A stretch of DNA of 64,000 nt from Phoronis australis (lineage: Eukaryota; Animalia; Phoronida): positions 510,122 to 574,121 of the forward strand of contig NMRA01000231.1 in NCBI GenBank assembly GCA_002633005.1, given 5' to 3'. The number at the start of each line of letters is the position of its first letter. Within the stretch, counting starts at the first letter, position 1. Below are positions 52,771-64,000 of this stretch, piece after piece. The position numbers and the translations under genes were made by a program. The notes beneath the pieces were generated by a model. It made no database searches. It was not told the DNA's origin and saw nothing but the letters and a program-made list of their open reading frames with translations.

Positions 52771-55700
52771 CTAGAAAAAACAATTGTAGATTTCGTAGGT
52801 GAAACAGTAGCGCGGTGCGAATATTCTAAAGGAGATTTTCAGCGTGCTATAGCTTGACAACAAAATTCCAGTCGATGTTCAAACGCCAGGACCTTTTAGA
52901 GTTATCTTCTTGCATTGGAGGGATCGGCTGTTTGACCTATCACAGATCAGTTCAGAGGTTATTGAGTTCCAGCCAGCTCTTAAAGTCCAAGAAGCACACG
53001 TTGTTAACCCTTACTACATGATTAGAGGATGTTATAAGGATGCAAGAAAAACCGACCCCATACTTAATACACAATCCGAACCGAGTAGAGTTTAAATGAA
53101 CGCGCAGCTCACGATTCGGACCTGAAGAACACGCCATTTTGAACTTAATGCGAACCCGGAATACCAATTCCTCCAGTGGAATTTTGTCTCGTTTTCTACT
53201 TTTTTTCGGAGTTCTTGCTTCTCTGACAGAGGCAAACTGACCTTTTTCCATTTCTCCGAGCACACAAGTATGACATGTCCAATACAAAAGGTTATGAATG
53301 TATTATTTATTAAGCAGCGAGTTCGGAGGAAGTGACCTTACAACTGAACCACATCGATAATCGTAAATTGAGTGGAGGTGGCAAGCCCAATGACAGAATT
53401 GCAAGAGCCCATGAAATGAAAAACTTCCAGTGATCTTGGTTTTCAAACGCATGATGTTTTTTGAATTTATGTATACATCTACATGTATTTAAGTAATAGT
53501 AAACCCAAGGTATCAAGAAATGTTGCCAGAAGATGCTAGTGAACATACTATTTATGGCAAAGCTAAATACATGTACATGTATATCATACTTTGGTCACTC
53601 AATCATTGAAATGAAAGAACAAATTAGAGGACGATTGTGATTTAATCATTTAGGTATTCTACAGCTCAAATCAAAATCAAAATCAAAATCAAGTGTTTTC
53701 AGTTTCCTTCACAGCGTCTCACTAAGCATTAATTTGTATTAATAATTGTATTTTTGTCTTAACGTGGATAAAGTGCATTACTACTTAAAGACTTTCCAGA
53801 TAGTTGACATTTATATCTACTGCACATCAGTCAACCTGAAATAATACCAGTGTAGGAACGCTGTGTAAGCCAAAATGACTTTTACCATAAGAAGTTATTT
53901 GGAATGCACAGTACTTTATAGCATTTAAGCATTACAAACACTATCCAACAGCACAAGTTTTCATGATATGCAACTGGACATGCATGTAACTATTCCCAAA
54001 TAGTGTTTCCTTACACCAGAATGTGACAAGCATGATTTAAAAATTGCAAGGAACAAGAATTAGAGGCTCGAAGCTTCACAATCCAACATGGCCTATTTCT
54101 CTAATTAAGATTCTGCATGTTGTTGACTTGAGATCCTGAATTAGAAACAAGTTACAAAACATGTCTGCAAAGCAATTTAGACTGAAAATTTAGAAAATCA
54201 TGAATCATTTTTGACACCTAATCAAGCCTTGAACTGCAGTTGACAGTCAAACAAAAAAACAGTTCAAAATTATTTCAACTAGTTTTTAGCTTAGTGTAAG
54301 ATCACCTGAATGGGAAATTCACAGTAAATTTTTTCGAATGTACCTTATATTTTTGCAGAAAAACACGAAAGTTGAGCAAAGTTCATGTTTTGTAGCAACG
54401 TTTGTCAAAATGTTTTAACATTAAATCTTCAGAAATTACAAAGTAACTGGTTGAACATGCCTTTCAGTTCCGCAAAAGTCGCCATGTTGTCGGTGCCGCC
54501 AGAAATAAGACCAACGGGAATTGTGAACGCATTTATCTCTTAATAAGTAACATCAAGAAGGCTGAAATTTGGTGAAAACCGTTGAATCGTAAAGAATAGT
54601 AAGTAAAGAGGTGTCTCACTGAATTTCACCGTAAATTGTTGGCGAAAACAATTTACAAAAATTTTTAAACTAGTAACTTATTCCGCTGTCGTCCAATATG
54701 GCCGACGCCTTCCAAACAAAGTGAACCAAATTTTGCCACAAAAATTCAAAAAAATTTGCACCGCTTTCCCCGATTTTGATAATTTTTCGATTTTAGCTGC
54801 ATTATACTTCAAATGATAAGAAAGTACTTTTTCAAAACGAAAAAATAACAGGAACAAAACACCAATGAATTAACGTAATAAACAAAAGTACGCGTAACAT
54901 TCCAAAAAAATAACGACCACTAACTACGAACTATAATTACACTATCATTACGAAATAATCACAAGCAATTACTAATAAAACAAAATAATGAAGACTTTTC
55001 GAGCAAGCTAGAACACATTCAGTTACAAAAGAAAAATGGCGACGTTCAGGACGAGTTTCTGAACTGACGAGGCGGAAATGTGGGCACGGAAATAACCGAT
55101 GACAGCCATTAATTATCTGCTCATAGAAAAGGGTCAAATACAGTTAAAAAAGCTTGTGGCACAAAAGGCGAAAAGAATATAACGAAAGGGTATCGAAAAT
55201 AGGAATTTATTCATTAAGTATTTTCGGATACTGGAGCCACATTGTCATTTTAAGATAAGGACTTTAAGGAGAAAACTCGAATAACCAAGGGGACGCTTAA
55301 TTGATTTCAAAAAGATTCAACTTTATAACTCAGCGGATACAAGTACATGTATCATTTTTTTCACATGTGAGTTTCCCAACCCCCGAGGATAAAGACATTC
55401 ATAAGTGTATCTGCGTGATAGGTGGTGCGACCTTATCTTGCGTCTCTCTTAAGATGGAGAAGCAGACGAATAAAAATTGAGTGAAAACATAATCGCTAAC
55501 ATATCCACCTGCTTCGGAATCAACACGTTAATGTAATTTAATGTCTGCCTTCAGACTGCAAAACGGCGTCTGTGTCTTGGGTCAAAATATGAATGCCATA
55601 AGTCGATGTTCTTTACAGAGCCATTTTGAACCCATTGTCTGTTTAACACTTCTTTATATAGAACATACTGAAGTCCCACGACTAATACTTATAATACACG

Positions 55701-56219
55701 ACTTATTAAAATGACCATTCATCAGAATCATGACTGACATGACCCATATAAGAAGAACAGGTATGCAAAAGCTTAGTAAAAATTATAGTTAACAAAAATC
55801 ATGAAATGCAAGATTATTACAATGATTAGTTATCTTTTAAGCTCTACTTCACTTGTGATTTAATGATAACTACATGTACGCTTACTCATTAGTTTTTTAT
55901 AGTAATCTATTTTGCCCGGGTACGCCACGAGCTATGTTGCAGAGTAAAACAAGAGGAAGATTGCGAAAATTGTCATTTATTATCACGTAAATAGATAAAA
56001 CTAACTAAGACTCTGCAAGATGGGCATGGACAAAACGCCACCGCCGTGTACAATGAATAGCCCTGAAAGAGGGAACAAAACAAAAGAACTGCCTGAAGGG
56101 CTGAAAGGAAAAGTACAGAACATGAACACAAAACTTGAAAAAACCTAACAGGAAAAGGTATAATATGAGAAAAGAGAAAGTGGAACCTTCGGTCTAACCC
56201 TCCCAGCCGACGTTCACTG

Positions 56220-57570
56220 CCCCACCTTCAGCCTCCGATGCGACTACCACTTCGTCTTTTTCGGGTATTGACCCTTCTTCAAATAATTTGTACGTGTCAT
56301 TGCCTCTGGGGTTTCATGTCGACTCCAAAACTCGTCAACGCATCTTCAACAACGAGTTCATTGATTTTTCTTCTCTCCTTTCAGGTGAGCCATCCGCCTC
56401 CTCCACTCCCTCTGTCTCCATTTCGTTCACCGGTAACACTCCCGTCTTTTCCAGCTCCGCACGCCCAAAGGCCATCTCATCCATTCTGCAGTGGACCCAG
56501 GCCTTCAATATTTTCCAGTCCATCCTGGTCCAGAAGTTTCCACACGATGCCCCTAAGCTCCCAAAGTATTCCACCATATTTCATGACTGCAGCACACACT
56601 ACGGCCTTTCTGCAGCCTTGTTTTATGATACCCATTTCAGGAAATTTCGGTCTTCTTTCCCCTTCGAGTGGGACCACATCCACTGGACCTGTGGCGCCAA
56701 GTTTGTCTCAAGTTCAACAAGATCCAACGCCACCCAACCAACAGTCAGTCCTTTCGTCAGGGCTCATCCACCTCCACATTTTTTCGAGCTCCCCGTGCCC
56801 CAACCCCTAACCCCAACTGTTTCCCCAAAGGTATCTGCTGGAAGTTCAACGACCAGTCCTGCAACCTTTTCCTCTGCCGATACCAGCATTGTTGTGGCTT
56901 CTGCGGCGCCAACCATCCAGCGCAGCCATGCACCTCCAAAACCACCAACCCACATGCCAGGTATCCCAACACCCGTAAAAGTAAGCAAACTTAAACCTCT
57001 CCTTTCAGGTTATGACTTCCTCTCGACTACGGAGCTTATCAATGGTTTCTCTTTTGGTTTCAGACTCGGCGCCTCCCCGATATGTCACTCCAATCCCCCC
57101 ACCAACCACCCATCAGCTCTCCGTAATCCCGAAGTTACCTTTCAGAAAATACAGACTGACGTTCTGCTGGGTCGCTATGCCGGTCCCTTCCCATCCCCAC
57201 CATTCCCCCTTTTCTCTTCGTCACCCCTTGCCTTCATCCCTAAATCTCACCCTGACAGTTTTTGTCTCATTCATAACTTGTCATATCCATCTCGTCACTC
57301 TAACCCAGTAAACTCCCTCATAACCCCCGACATCAAGGACGCTTTTCGCATCGTACCGGTGCACCCTGACGACTACCACCTCTTAGGTCTCTCCTGGGCC
57401 AACAACTTCTACTACGACAGGTGCCTGCCATTTGGCTGTGCCTCCAGCTGCAACATCTTAGAAAAGGTCAGTTCTGGTTGAAGGTCGCCGGCGTTTCGCA
57501 CTACCTCGATGACTTCTTTTTCGTGGGCCCCCCCATCCTCGCCAACATGCTCCCGGGACCTCGCCGCATT
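56220..57570 (+). mobile_element. Internally deleted DIRS-order (Ngaro-like) tyrosine-recombinase retrotransposon: gag plus RT fragment
   Basis: Gag RIFNNEFIDFSSLL, QWTQAFNIF and FYDTHFR. Zinc finger CWKFN..C....CRYQHCCGFCGANH. RT TPVK, GFSFGFRL, NHPSA, GRYAGPF, LIHNLSYP, DIKDAFRIVPVHPDDYHLLG, DRCLPFG and HYLDDFFF. Confidence 0.88.
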
Positions 57571-58762
57571 CATTCCAAATCGGTATCTTAACTTAAACAA
57601 GCAGTTTATACTAGAAATTGAGAGTGCACAATGAAAGCCGCTCAACTTACACTGAGTTGTCTGACAAAAATTCTTAGAAGACATAAAAAATAGTGTGGTG
57701 TACATGTACACGTATTTCACAAACAAACCACTAAATGATCCTTTCGAACAAAACTGCAACTTTTTACCATTTACAGAAATTCTCGCTGAAAAAAGATTTT
57801 TAAGAATGCTCATTCCTTGCGTACGTCCATCACGTCTGTTTTGATGCAAATTTCTCAGCATGTATGAGGGTACAGTAAGACAACAGTTGCTGCATGCTTT
57901 GGACGGGGTTTGTGCATTTTTCTTTATCAATGTAAGAATTACGAGAAAGCATTTGAACAAGGAGCTGATTTTTTAGTAGTTTAAAGCAACTCAATTGCAA
58001 AGCACGGGAAACTACATCGTAACTTGCATAGGAATCGTTAGATAGGCATATCCATTGTTCACTTCGTTTTTTCTTTCTTGTTAGACAGATAATGGTAAAC
58101 ATTTATCAGTAACCGGCTGATGTGCGGCCAATGTAAGATATCTGTGCGTCCTGTATTGTTGTATCCTAGCAAGACACAACAAAGGAAAACAATGGTAGCG
58201 TCTAATAGGCAATAGCCATGTGACGCGCTTAAGCCCGTTGCATGAATTTTAGAAGTTGCGACCTCCACACGATGCCATTTGACATGGCCCCTCGGATGAA
58301 TAATCAGTTCAACGAACATCGGGTGTTGCTACTGTAGATGGTTTAGGAATAAGTACATGGATGCGATCAATTCATGAGTCTGATGTCTAAACCGGTTATC
58401 ATGTATGGCGTCATTTTGATGACACGTTCAAATAAAACCAAAATGTCAATTATTATCGGGTCATATTTACATATCACTTTGGATAGATAGACGCAATTAT
58501 TACGTGGCTGTGGACCAAGTCAATCTCAACCCTTCTGAACACCACACGGGCAATACACGACATTGATGACGGCCAATCATTAACCCAAAACACATAATTT
58601 GTAAAAGCTCCATTTGCTAAAATGCCTCCTCATTACTTAAAGGGCAAAAATTCAGGACTTGCAACTTTTTCGAATATGATGTGATTGTGCATTTTTATTC
58701 CTGTCCGATGATCTAAGCCGCCCCCGTAATAGTGACTGAGTCATCAATACTGAACACACTTA

Positions 58763-59936
58763 CAGCCGATTTCATAAAGGTGGTTTAAAGTTAAACCAGG
58801 TTTAAACTGGACTTAGACCAGGTTTAATGATAATCTGCATTTCATAAAGGTGGTTCAACTTCTAGACCAGTGGTCTTGTAAAACCTGGTTTAACTCCAGT
58901 TTAGACCTGGTCTAAGTCAGTTTTCATTTCACCAACGAGGTCTATATTCTTTAGACCTGTATTAAGATCTTAAACCATGTTTAACTTTAGACTTGGTCAG
59001 ACCCAGGTTTAACTGTTAAATATGTCAGACTTGCATGGTATAGGTACAACTGAACGATGCCGCGGTGTGCAATTACGACGCAGTTTTAGACCGAAAATGG
59101 ACTATTTTCATTATTCAGGTTTACTACGACACGAGATCAAACGTAGCAGGGGCGGATCCAGGATTTTTTAAAGGAGAAGGGACGGTCAAGTACTTTTTGG
59201 AAGGGGGGACCAAGTCAACAATTTGAAAATTATAGATTTGACATCATTAAAACCAAGGTAAAAAGGGGGCTCCGGACCCCTTGACCCCCCTGGATCCCCC
59301 TATGCGTAGACCAGTACGTGCTGGAGTGTGTCCTGCGGATTCCTCAGAATATGACTGGTCGAGCAGGGCGTCATCGTCGCAAGCCCTACGGATTTGACTT
59401 AAGACAGCATACTCTGGTTCTTCTGACTGCGTTCCACCTCCACTGTTCTCCGATTCAATGTTGCCGGGAAGGGGTCTTGCCCCCCCCTTTGGCCGAGAAA
59501 AATAAAAACTAAAATGACACGGAAATAAATTTGGGCATTTATCATGTGACATCTAATCATGAGCATGTTCTTTAATGTGTGTGCGTTGGGCACACAAATT
59601 ACATTTTTCCTCATGAGAAAAGCTTTTAGACCTTTGTCGTAAATGTCTGCACTGATTCTACTGGTGTATGCCATTCTATACCCACGTGATCAAGGTTTCA
59701 TTGAAACACTTCAATAGTTTCTTTGTTGGGTTTACCCACCTCGACACAGTTGGGTGCCTTTGATACTTTAAACCTGGTTCTACTGAACCAGCTCCCTGGT
59801 CTAGCAAAACCAGGCTTTCAGACTCTTACACCATGTTGGTGAAATGCACGTTAGGTCTAAAATTAGACCAGGTTTAGGAAGACCAGGTTTAAGTCTTAAG
59901 CCTGGTTTTGTTAAACCACCTTTATGAAATCGGCTG
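58763..59936. mobile_element. PIF/Harbinger non-autonomous element
   Basis: TTA|CAGCCGATTTCATAAAGGTGGTTTAA ... TTAAACCACCTTTATGAAATCGGCTG|TTA, with a 3-bp TWA TSD and ACCAGG/CCTGGT sub-repeats. Confidence 0.85.
59147..59304. mobile_element. hAT5-like MITE nested in the Harbinger element
   Basis: CGTAG|CAGGGGCGGATCCAGG ... CCTGGATCCCCCTATG|CGTAG. Confidence 0.75.
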
Positions 59937-60051
59937 TTAATGTTTCAAATTTATACATTAAACCGTTAATTTCGGATCCGAATGTTGAGTGGGCAACTGA
60001 CGTTCAATTCGGTCGGACAGAAACTTCTCGAGAGCTGCAAATCCCCGGCGT

Positions 60052-60827
60052 TGTCACGTTTTTCCCCGTGTGTGGGTGGGCACAGGTTATTACAGACCGG
60101 TGCTAATAGCTTTCGGTGCGAAGATTGACTGAAGACTGGTTCGAGTTAATCCTTTATTAATACCGACCGTACGTTCACAAGCCTATTCAAACAAAACGTC
60201 AGACGCAATGTCTGTTCTACGCTCCAGCCAGTGCTGCAAAGCCTTGACTTGTGATGAACTTCTGAGACACGTTCAGCAACTGTTACACTCGTCTATTCAA
60301 TAACCTGCTGTCTCTATAGCTGGCTCTCTATTGACTATCGCTGTAACTGCTGATTCTCTTCACTGCAACTCAACTGTAGTTCACCTGATTAAATTCCTTG
60401 AACTTACTTGATCTTCTCTTGAACTGACGTGATCTTCCTGGACTCAACTGACTTAATCTGACTAACACAAACCCGTGCTTGTGTATTTATAGCCTAATCC
60501 ATTGTTCTGGAACGTTTCATCAATTCAAGCACATTCTAGAACTTTCCTGAATCTACCCAACCATTCTACAAACATATACTAGTCTCTAGAATATTCCCGA
60601 CTGCATTAATCACTGTCATGCTAGAGTCTTCTAGAAAGTTCCACACTATACTGCAGTAAACAAATTACATCATCACTGTTCTGACCTCAGTCTTCTAAAA
60701 AGTTCCACACTATTTTGTAGTAAACAAATTACATCATCACTGTACTTAACGCAGGGGTCATGCCAATCAAACAGAATAACAAAACAAAACAATACAACTA
60801 AAAAAACTGTCAGACCGTACCCTGACA
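60052..60827 (-). mobile_element. Solo LTR (copy 2)
   Basis: TGTCA...TGACA ends, TSD GGCGT/GTCGT (one mismatch). Internal duplication of about 60 bp near 60625-60742. Homologous to 15426-16130. Confidence 0.88.
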
Positions 60828-60957
60828 GTCGTGTTATTTTTTCGTCTTAATGCGTCGTGGCATCGGTCGATGCGGCGTACGCAATACTTTCTTGAAGCCA
60901 AAAACGCGTTTACCGTTTACGCATACTAGGTCGCGTGTTCAATATTCGGAGGCTAGA

Positions 60958-61083
60958 GAATTCAAAAAAAAAAATATGTCAATGTTGAATAATTTTCTGA
61001 ACTTTGAGTAAAACGAAGGGGAATTCAAAAAAAAAATATGTCAATGTTGAATAATTTTCTGAACTTTGAGTAAAACGAAGGGG
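60958..61083. repeat. Near-exact tandem duplication of about 63 bp
   Basis: gaattcaaaa..tatgtcaatgttgaataattttctgaactttgagtaaaacgaagggg occurs twice, differing only in A-run length. Confidence 0.9.
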
Positions 61084-62867
61084 CAGCCTCATTATTTTAT
61101 GAGCACCCATTCGCTGCCGAGGTGGCGTAATATGTGTGGTGCTGTCGCGTGCTTCATAGTGAGACCTACATATACATGTACTAAGAATTCACAATGACGA
61201 GGTGAGAGTTTTTTTGTTTATTCGTTCCGTTAAAAGTACTTAATAGGGGAGAGGTAAGTCAGTGGCCAAGATCTTAACCTTTATTCCAGTCTTCAGTGTA
61301 GTGACATACATGTACATGTCTTGCAAAAAGCGAACCGAGGCCCATGCCTGGGTTTTTCTTCGTCTCCGGCGTAGCCTTACAAATACTAGCCCAAAGAGTC
61401 AGCTGTTCAAAACTTTCGGGTTTCCCGATTTAATCTTCATTTCGGCTTTAAGTCGTGAATCAGTCCTGCTGCGGAATATTATAGTCATAAACAGTAGACA
61501 GTCACCACATTTTTACAATTTGAGTTCAAATTGAATTGTACAGAAAGACAGATTTAAGTGTTCGGGGTTTCCCGATCAGACCAGGTGTTAATATTTATCT
61601 TGGTAAACCTTTTGCCACATAATCCCGCTGGGCACTTTGTTTTAATGGTTGAAATTTTCGAGGTATCAAATAACTTTGATCACGTCTAGAATCGCGTTCA
61701 TGTGTGACAATTTCCTGTTATTGTGAGTGTCGTACCAAATAATAGTCAGTGAAAATCCAAACCTGTCAGAAAGACCTAACTGGACTCGACCTTGCAGGCA
61801 TTCTTTGTTATGGACAAAAAAGCCCGTATATTGCACGTTCCTCAAAATTGATGGAAGCACCGGCAAACCTGCACTGAGTTCACTAACGCAAGGACTTCGT
61901 TCAAAAGCAAGACTTCGCAAAACCACATGAGATGTTGCAATGGATTTTAAATGAGAACGCGTGATTTTGGCTAGATTTTTGCGAGGTCTTAGCTTTGCCT
62001 AACACTACCTTGTTGAAGCGACGTGTTGAAAACTGGTAGTGGAGAACACTGATGTGTCAAACTGGCTCCCAAGTATATTCGAACGTTGTTTTTTTCTGTT
62101 TTACAGGCACGGGTTACTACGAAAAATCAACCCAAGAGTGGAAATGCCTTTTTGTAAATATTTTTTGTAAAACCTCGATCATTGGTTGAAAGCTTCGTCT
62201 TCTTTTATTGGGTCAAGGTTTTGGAACTTTACTGCCTACGAAGACTAATACCCCATGAACCCAACTGGGCATCATTTGAATATGCGTGCGATACAGGGTC
62301 TGGTACTGGATATGTTGAAAGAGTTGTGTGGTTGGACTCCATTTCCTGGAAGCCATCATCGTGTGAGACATGTGCTCCACAGAAGTATTCTAAATTCCAA
62401 GGCCACTGCGCTTCTCCTTGCCACATTATGTTTGCACAACAATCCAACTCCTTGCTCTATTGTGATGGGAACACACAGAGCTAATTTGATTGAGGACTTC
62501 GTTCAATACAGCTTAACACGAGAAACGTACATTCACAAATAAATCTGTACATATGAATTTGAGGTATGGTAATAAAGACATTGTGTGTATATACTTCGAC
62601 CATCACATTTGTATGCGGTGAGAAAACTTCAAAAACGGATGTTCGACAAAGAATGAAATGCAATAAACAAAAAATTGGATGACTATAGCAAATAATGCTT
62701 AAAAAGCATTGATAACACCACAGTTTTTAGATGATATTTTCATTTCCTAACTCAAGCGCGTATAACCTGGGCAACTTCCCATGTGTAGCGTAAACCCGGC
62801 TAAAGGAAATTCCCTTACACTACCTGGTACCCGTGCGAAGCTATTATTGTATGAACTTGGTACTCAC

Positions 62868-63073
62868 AGACAATGAGGATTGTGAATTCAGCACACCCTT
62901 GTTGGACACCTTTGAAGTATGCACAGCACTTATATTTTCCGTTATGCTGAGGGCCAGCTCGATTGAACATCACATAATTTTTCGTCTTAAATGAGTTGTG
63001 CGGAAAATAGTCTTTGTCAGGTCTCACTTTTGTGTTTGGAAACGTCCATTTGTAATCGAAGTCTTGAGGTGGT
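62868..63073 (-). CDS. Internal exon A of an Ig-superfamily gene (C-terminal half of an Ig domain)
   Basis: Acceptor tttcag| and donor |gtgagt. 206 nt, phase 2 to phase 1. Translates PPQDFDYKWTFPNTKVRPDKDYFPHNSFKTKNYVMFNRAGPQHNGKYKCCAYFKGVQQGCAEFTILIV, with the C-strand Trp and a GxYxC F-strand motif. Confidence 0.85.
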
Positions 63074-63194
63074 CTGAAATATTAAGTAAGGCTGAAAGTC
63101 CTAATCGTTGTTGTGCTGTAACGAACTTGTTGCAAGCTCAATAATAAACGAAACTACAAACTCAAGAAACTAATATCATATAGTTTGTTTAAAA

Positions 63195-63520
63195 TTGAAC
63201 CTGGTTTAACTTAGACTTAGACCCAGTTTAAGGATTATACGCCTTTCAGTGGTCTAGTAAAGCCTGTAACAATAGGACCTCGATGAAAAACAAGATTTTG
63301 CAACATTACGTAAAAAACTGTCGCGTGAGAACACGTGTCATTGCCTACATGTTTCATGTAGGTAGGTCCAAGCATGTCTGAGCACAGACCGGGTTGAACT
63401 CCAGCAAAGACCCGGTCTACATTTTTCTTTCACCAACGAGGTCTATATCCCTAGATCTGCATTAAGATCTTAAACCAGGTTATAACTTAACACCTGGTCA
63501 GACCGGGGTTTCACATTAAA
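63195..63520 (+). mobile_element. Fragment related to the Harbinger element at 58763
   Basis: ttcaccaacgaggtctatat...attaagatcttaaacca matches about 58928-58977. Confidence 0.65.
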
Positions 63521-64000
63521 CAAAAATGGCAGTCATAGGTGGGTGATATCGGATGGCTCAAGTGTGCAACAGAATGATGCAGCAGTGTGCGTCAAAGAGG
63601 TAATTTTAGAGCAAAGATGTTCACGTTCATGTTCACAACGTCACGAGCCCAAACACACAGTAGAACGATACGTGATGCAGGTTGTCCAAATAATCGATCA
63701 GGGCGTCATCGTGGCGCCACGGGTAGTCCGGGAGGCAGGGGCTGAACCTGGTTTTGCCGGATAAAGATTTAGTCTTTGTTGTTTAATGTAGCCTAGGGTT
63801 ACGTAACCATGATTTAGGGGGTGGGGGGTGGCGGTTTGCGACCCTTGAGCATTTTTTGAATATGCAAATTAAGGTCGCCATTATGAAAAATTCCTTTTTA
63901 CATATAGATTAGTTGCCAAAAAGTTGACCCTTCAATGTTCTTTACCTAAAAGTTTTCTTTTGATATGTTGTTAGGAGAACAAAATCAACTTAGTTGCACT

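Noticed and set aside
15426-60827. The two LTRs as ends of one 45-kb retroelement
   Set aside because: Each has its own distinct TSD, so they are independent solo LTRs.
60958-61083. 63-bp tandem duplication as a functional element
   Set aside because: Near-exact two-copy duplication with no other structure; may be a local duplication or an assembly artefact.
61666-62542. Cluster of 60-100 aa ORFs next to exon A
   Set aside because: No Ig signature or consistent splice sites; at most a very decayed LINE 3' end.

Overview
AT-rich eukaryotic DNA, most likely a marine invertebrate, with one assembly gap (about 31834-32495). No prokaryotic operons, rRNA or CRISPR arrays were seen. The only host gene I can support is a minus-strand immunoglobulin-superfamily gene. 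Five GT-AG exons (63073-62868, 52770-52639, 28927-28784, 8574-8436, 2014-1782) join in phase and encode about 2.5 I-set-like Ig domains, reminiscent of L1/neuroglian. The gene runs off both ends of the window. Its introns (6-24 kb) are filled with nested, mostly decayed transposons: two RTEX-like LINEs tail to tail, an I-group/Ingi-like RNase H fragment, a Gypsy element split by a 14-kb CCC-ended foldback element, a Ngaro/DIRS remnant, two solo LTRs, Helentron-type HINEs, Harbinger and hAT5-like MITEs, and three TTAA-flanked Kolobok derivatives. The Kolobok copies carry a THAP ORF, and one clearly (a second weakly) carries a convergent P2X7-ballast-like (KolX) ORF. The octamer TACATGTA is strongly over-represented and appears as 6-bp insertions at TA sites, which fits Tc1/mariner excision footprints. 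All coordinates, alignments and counts were made by eye, and family names come from motif recall, not database searches.
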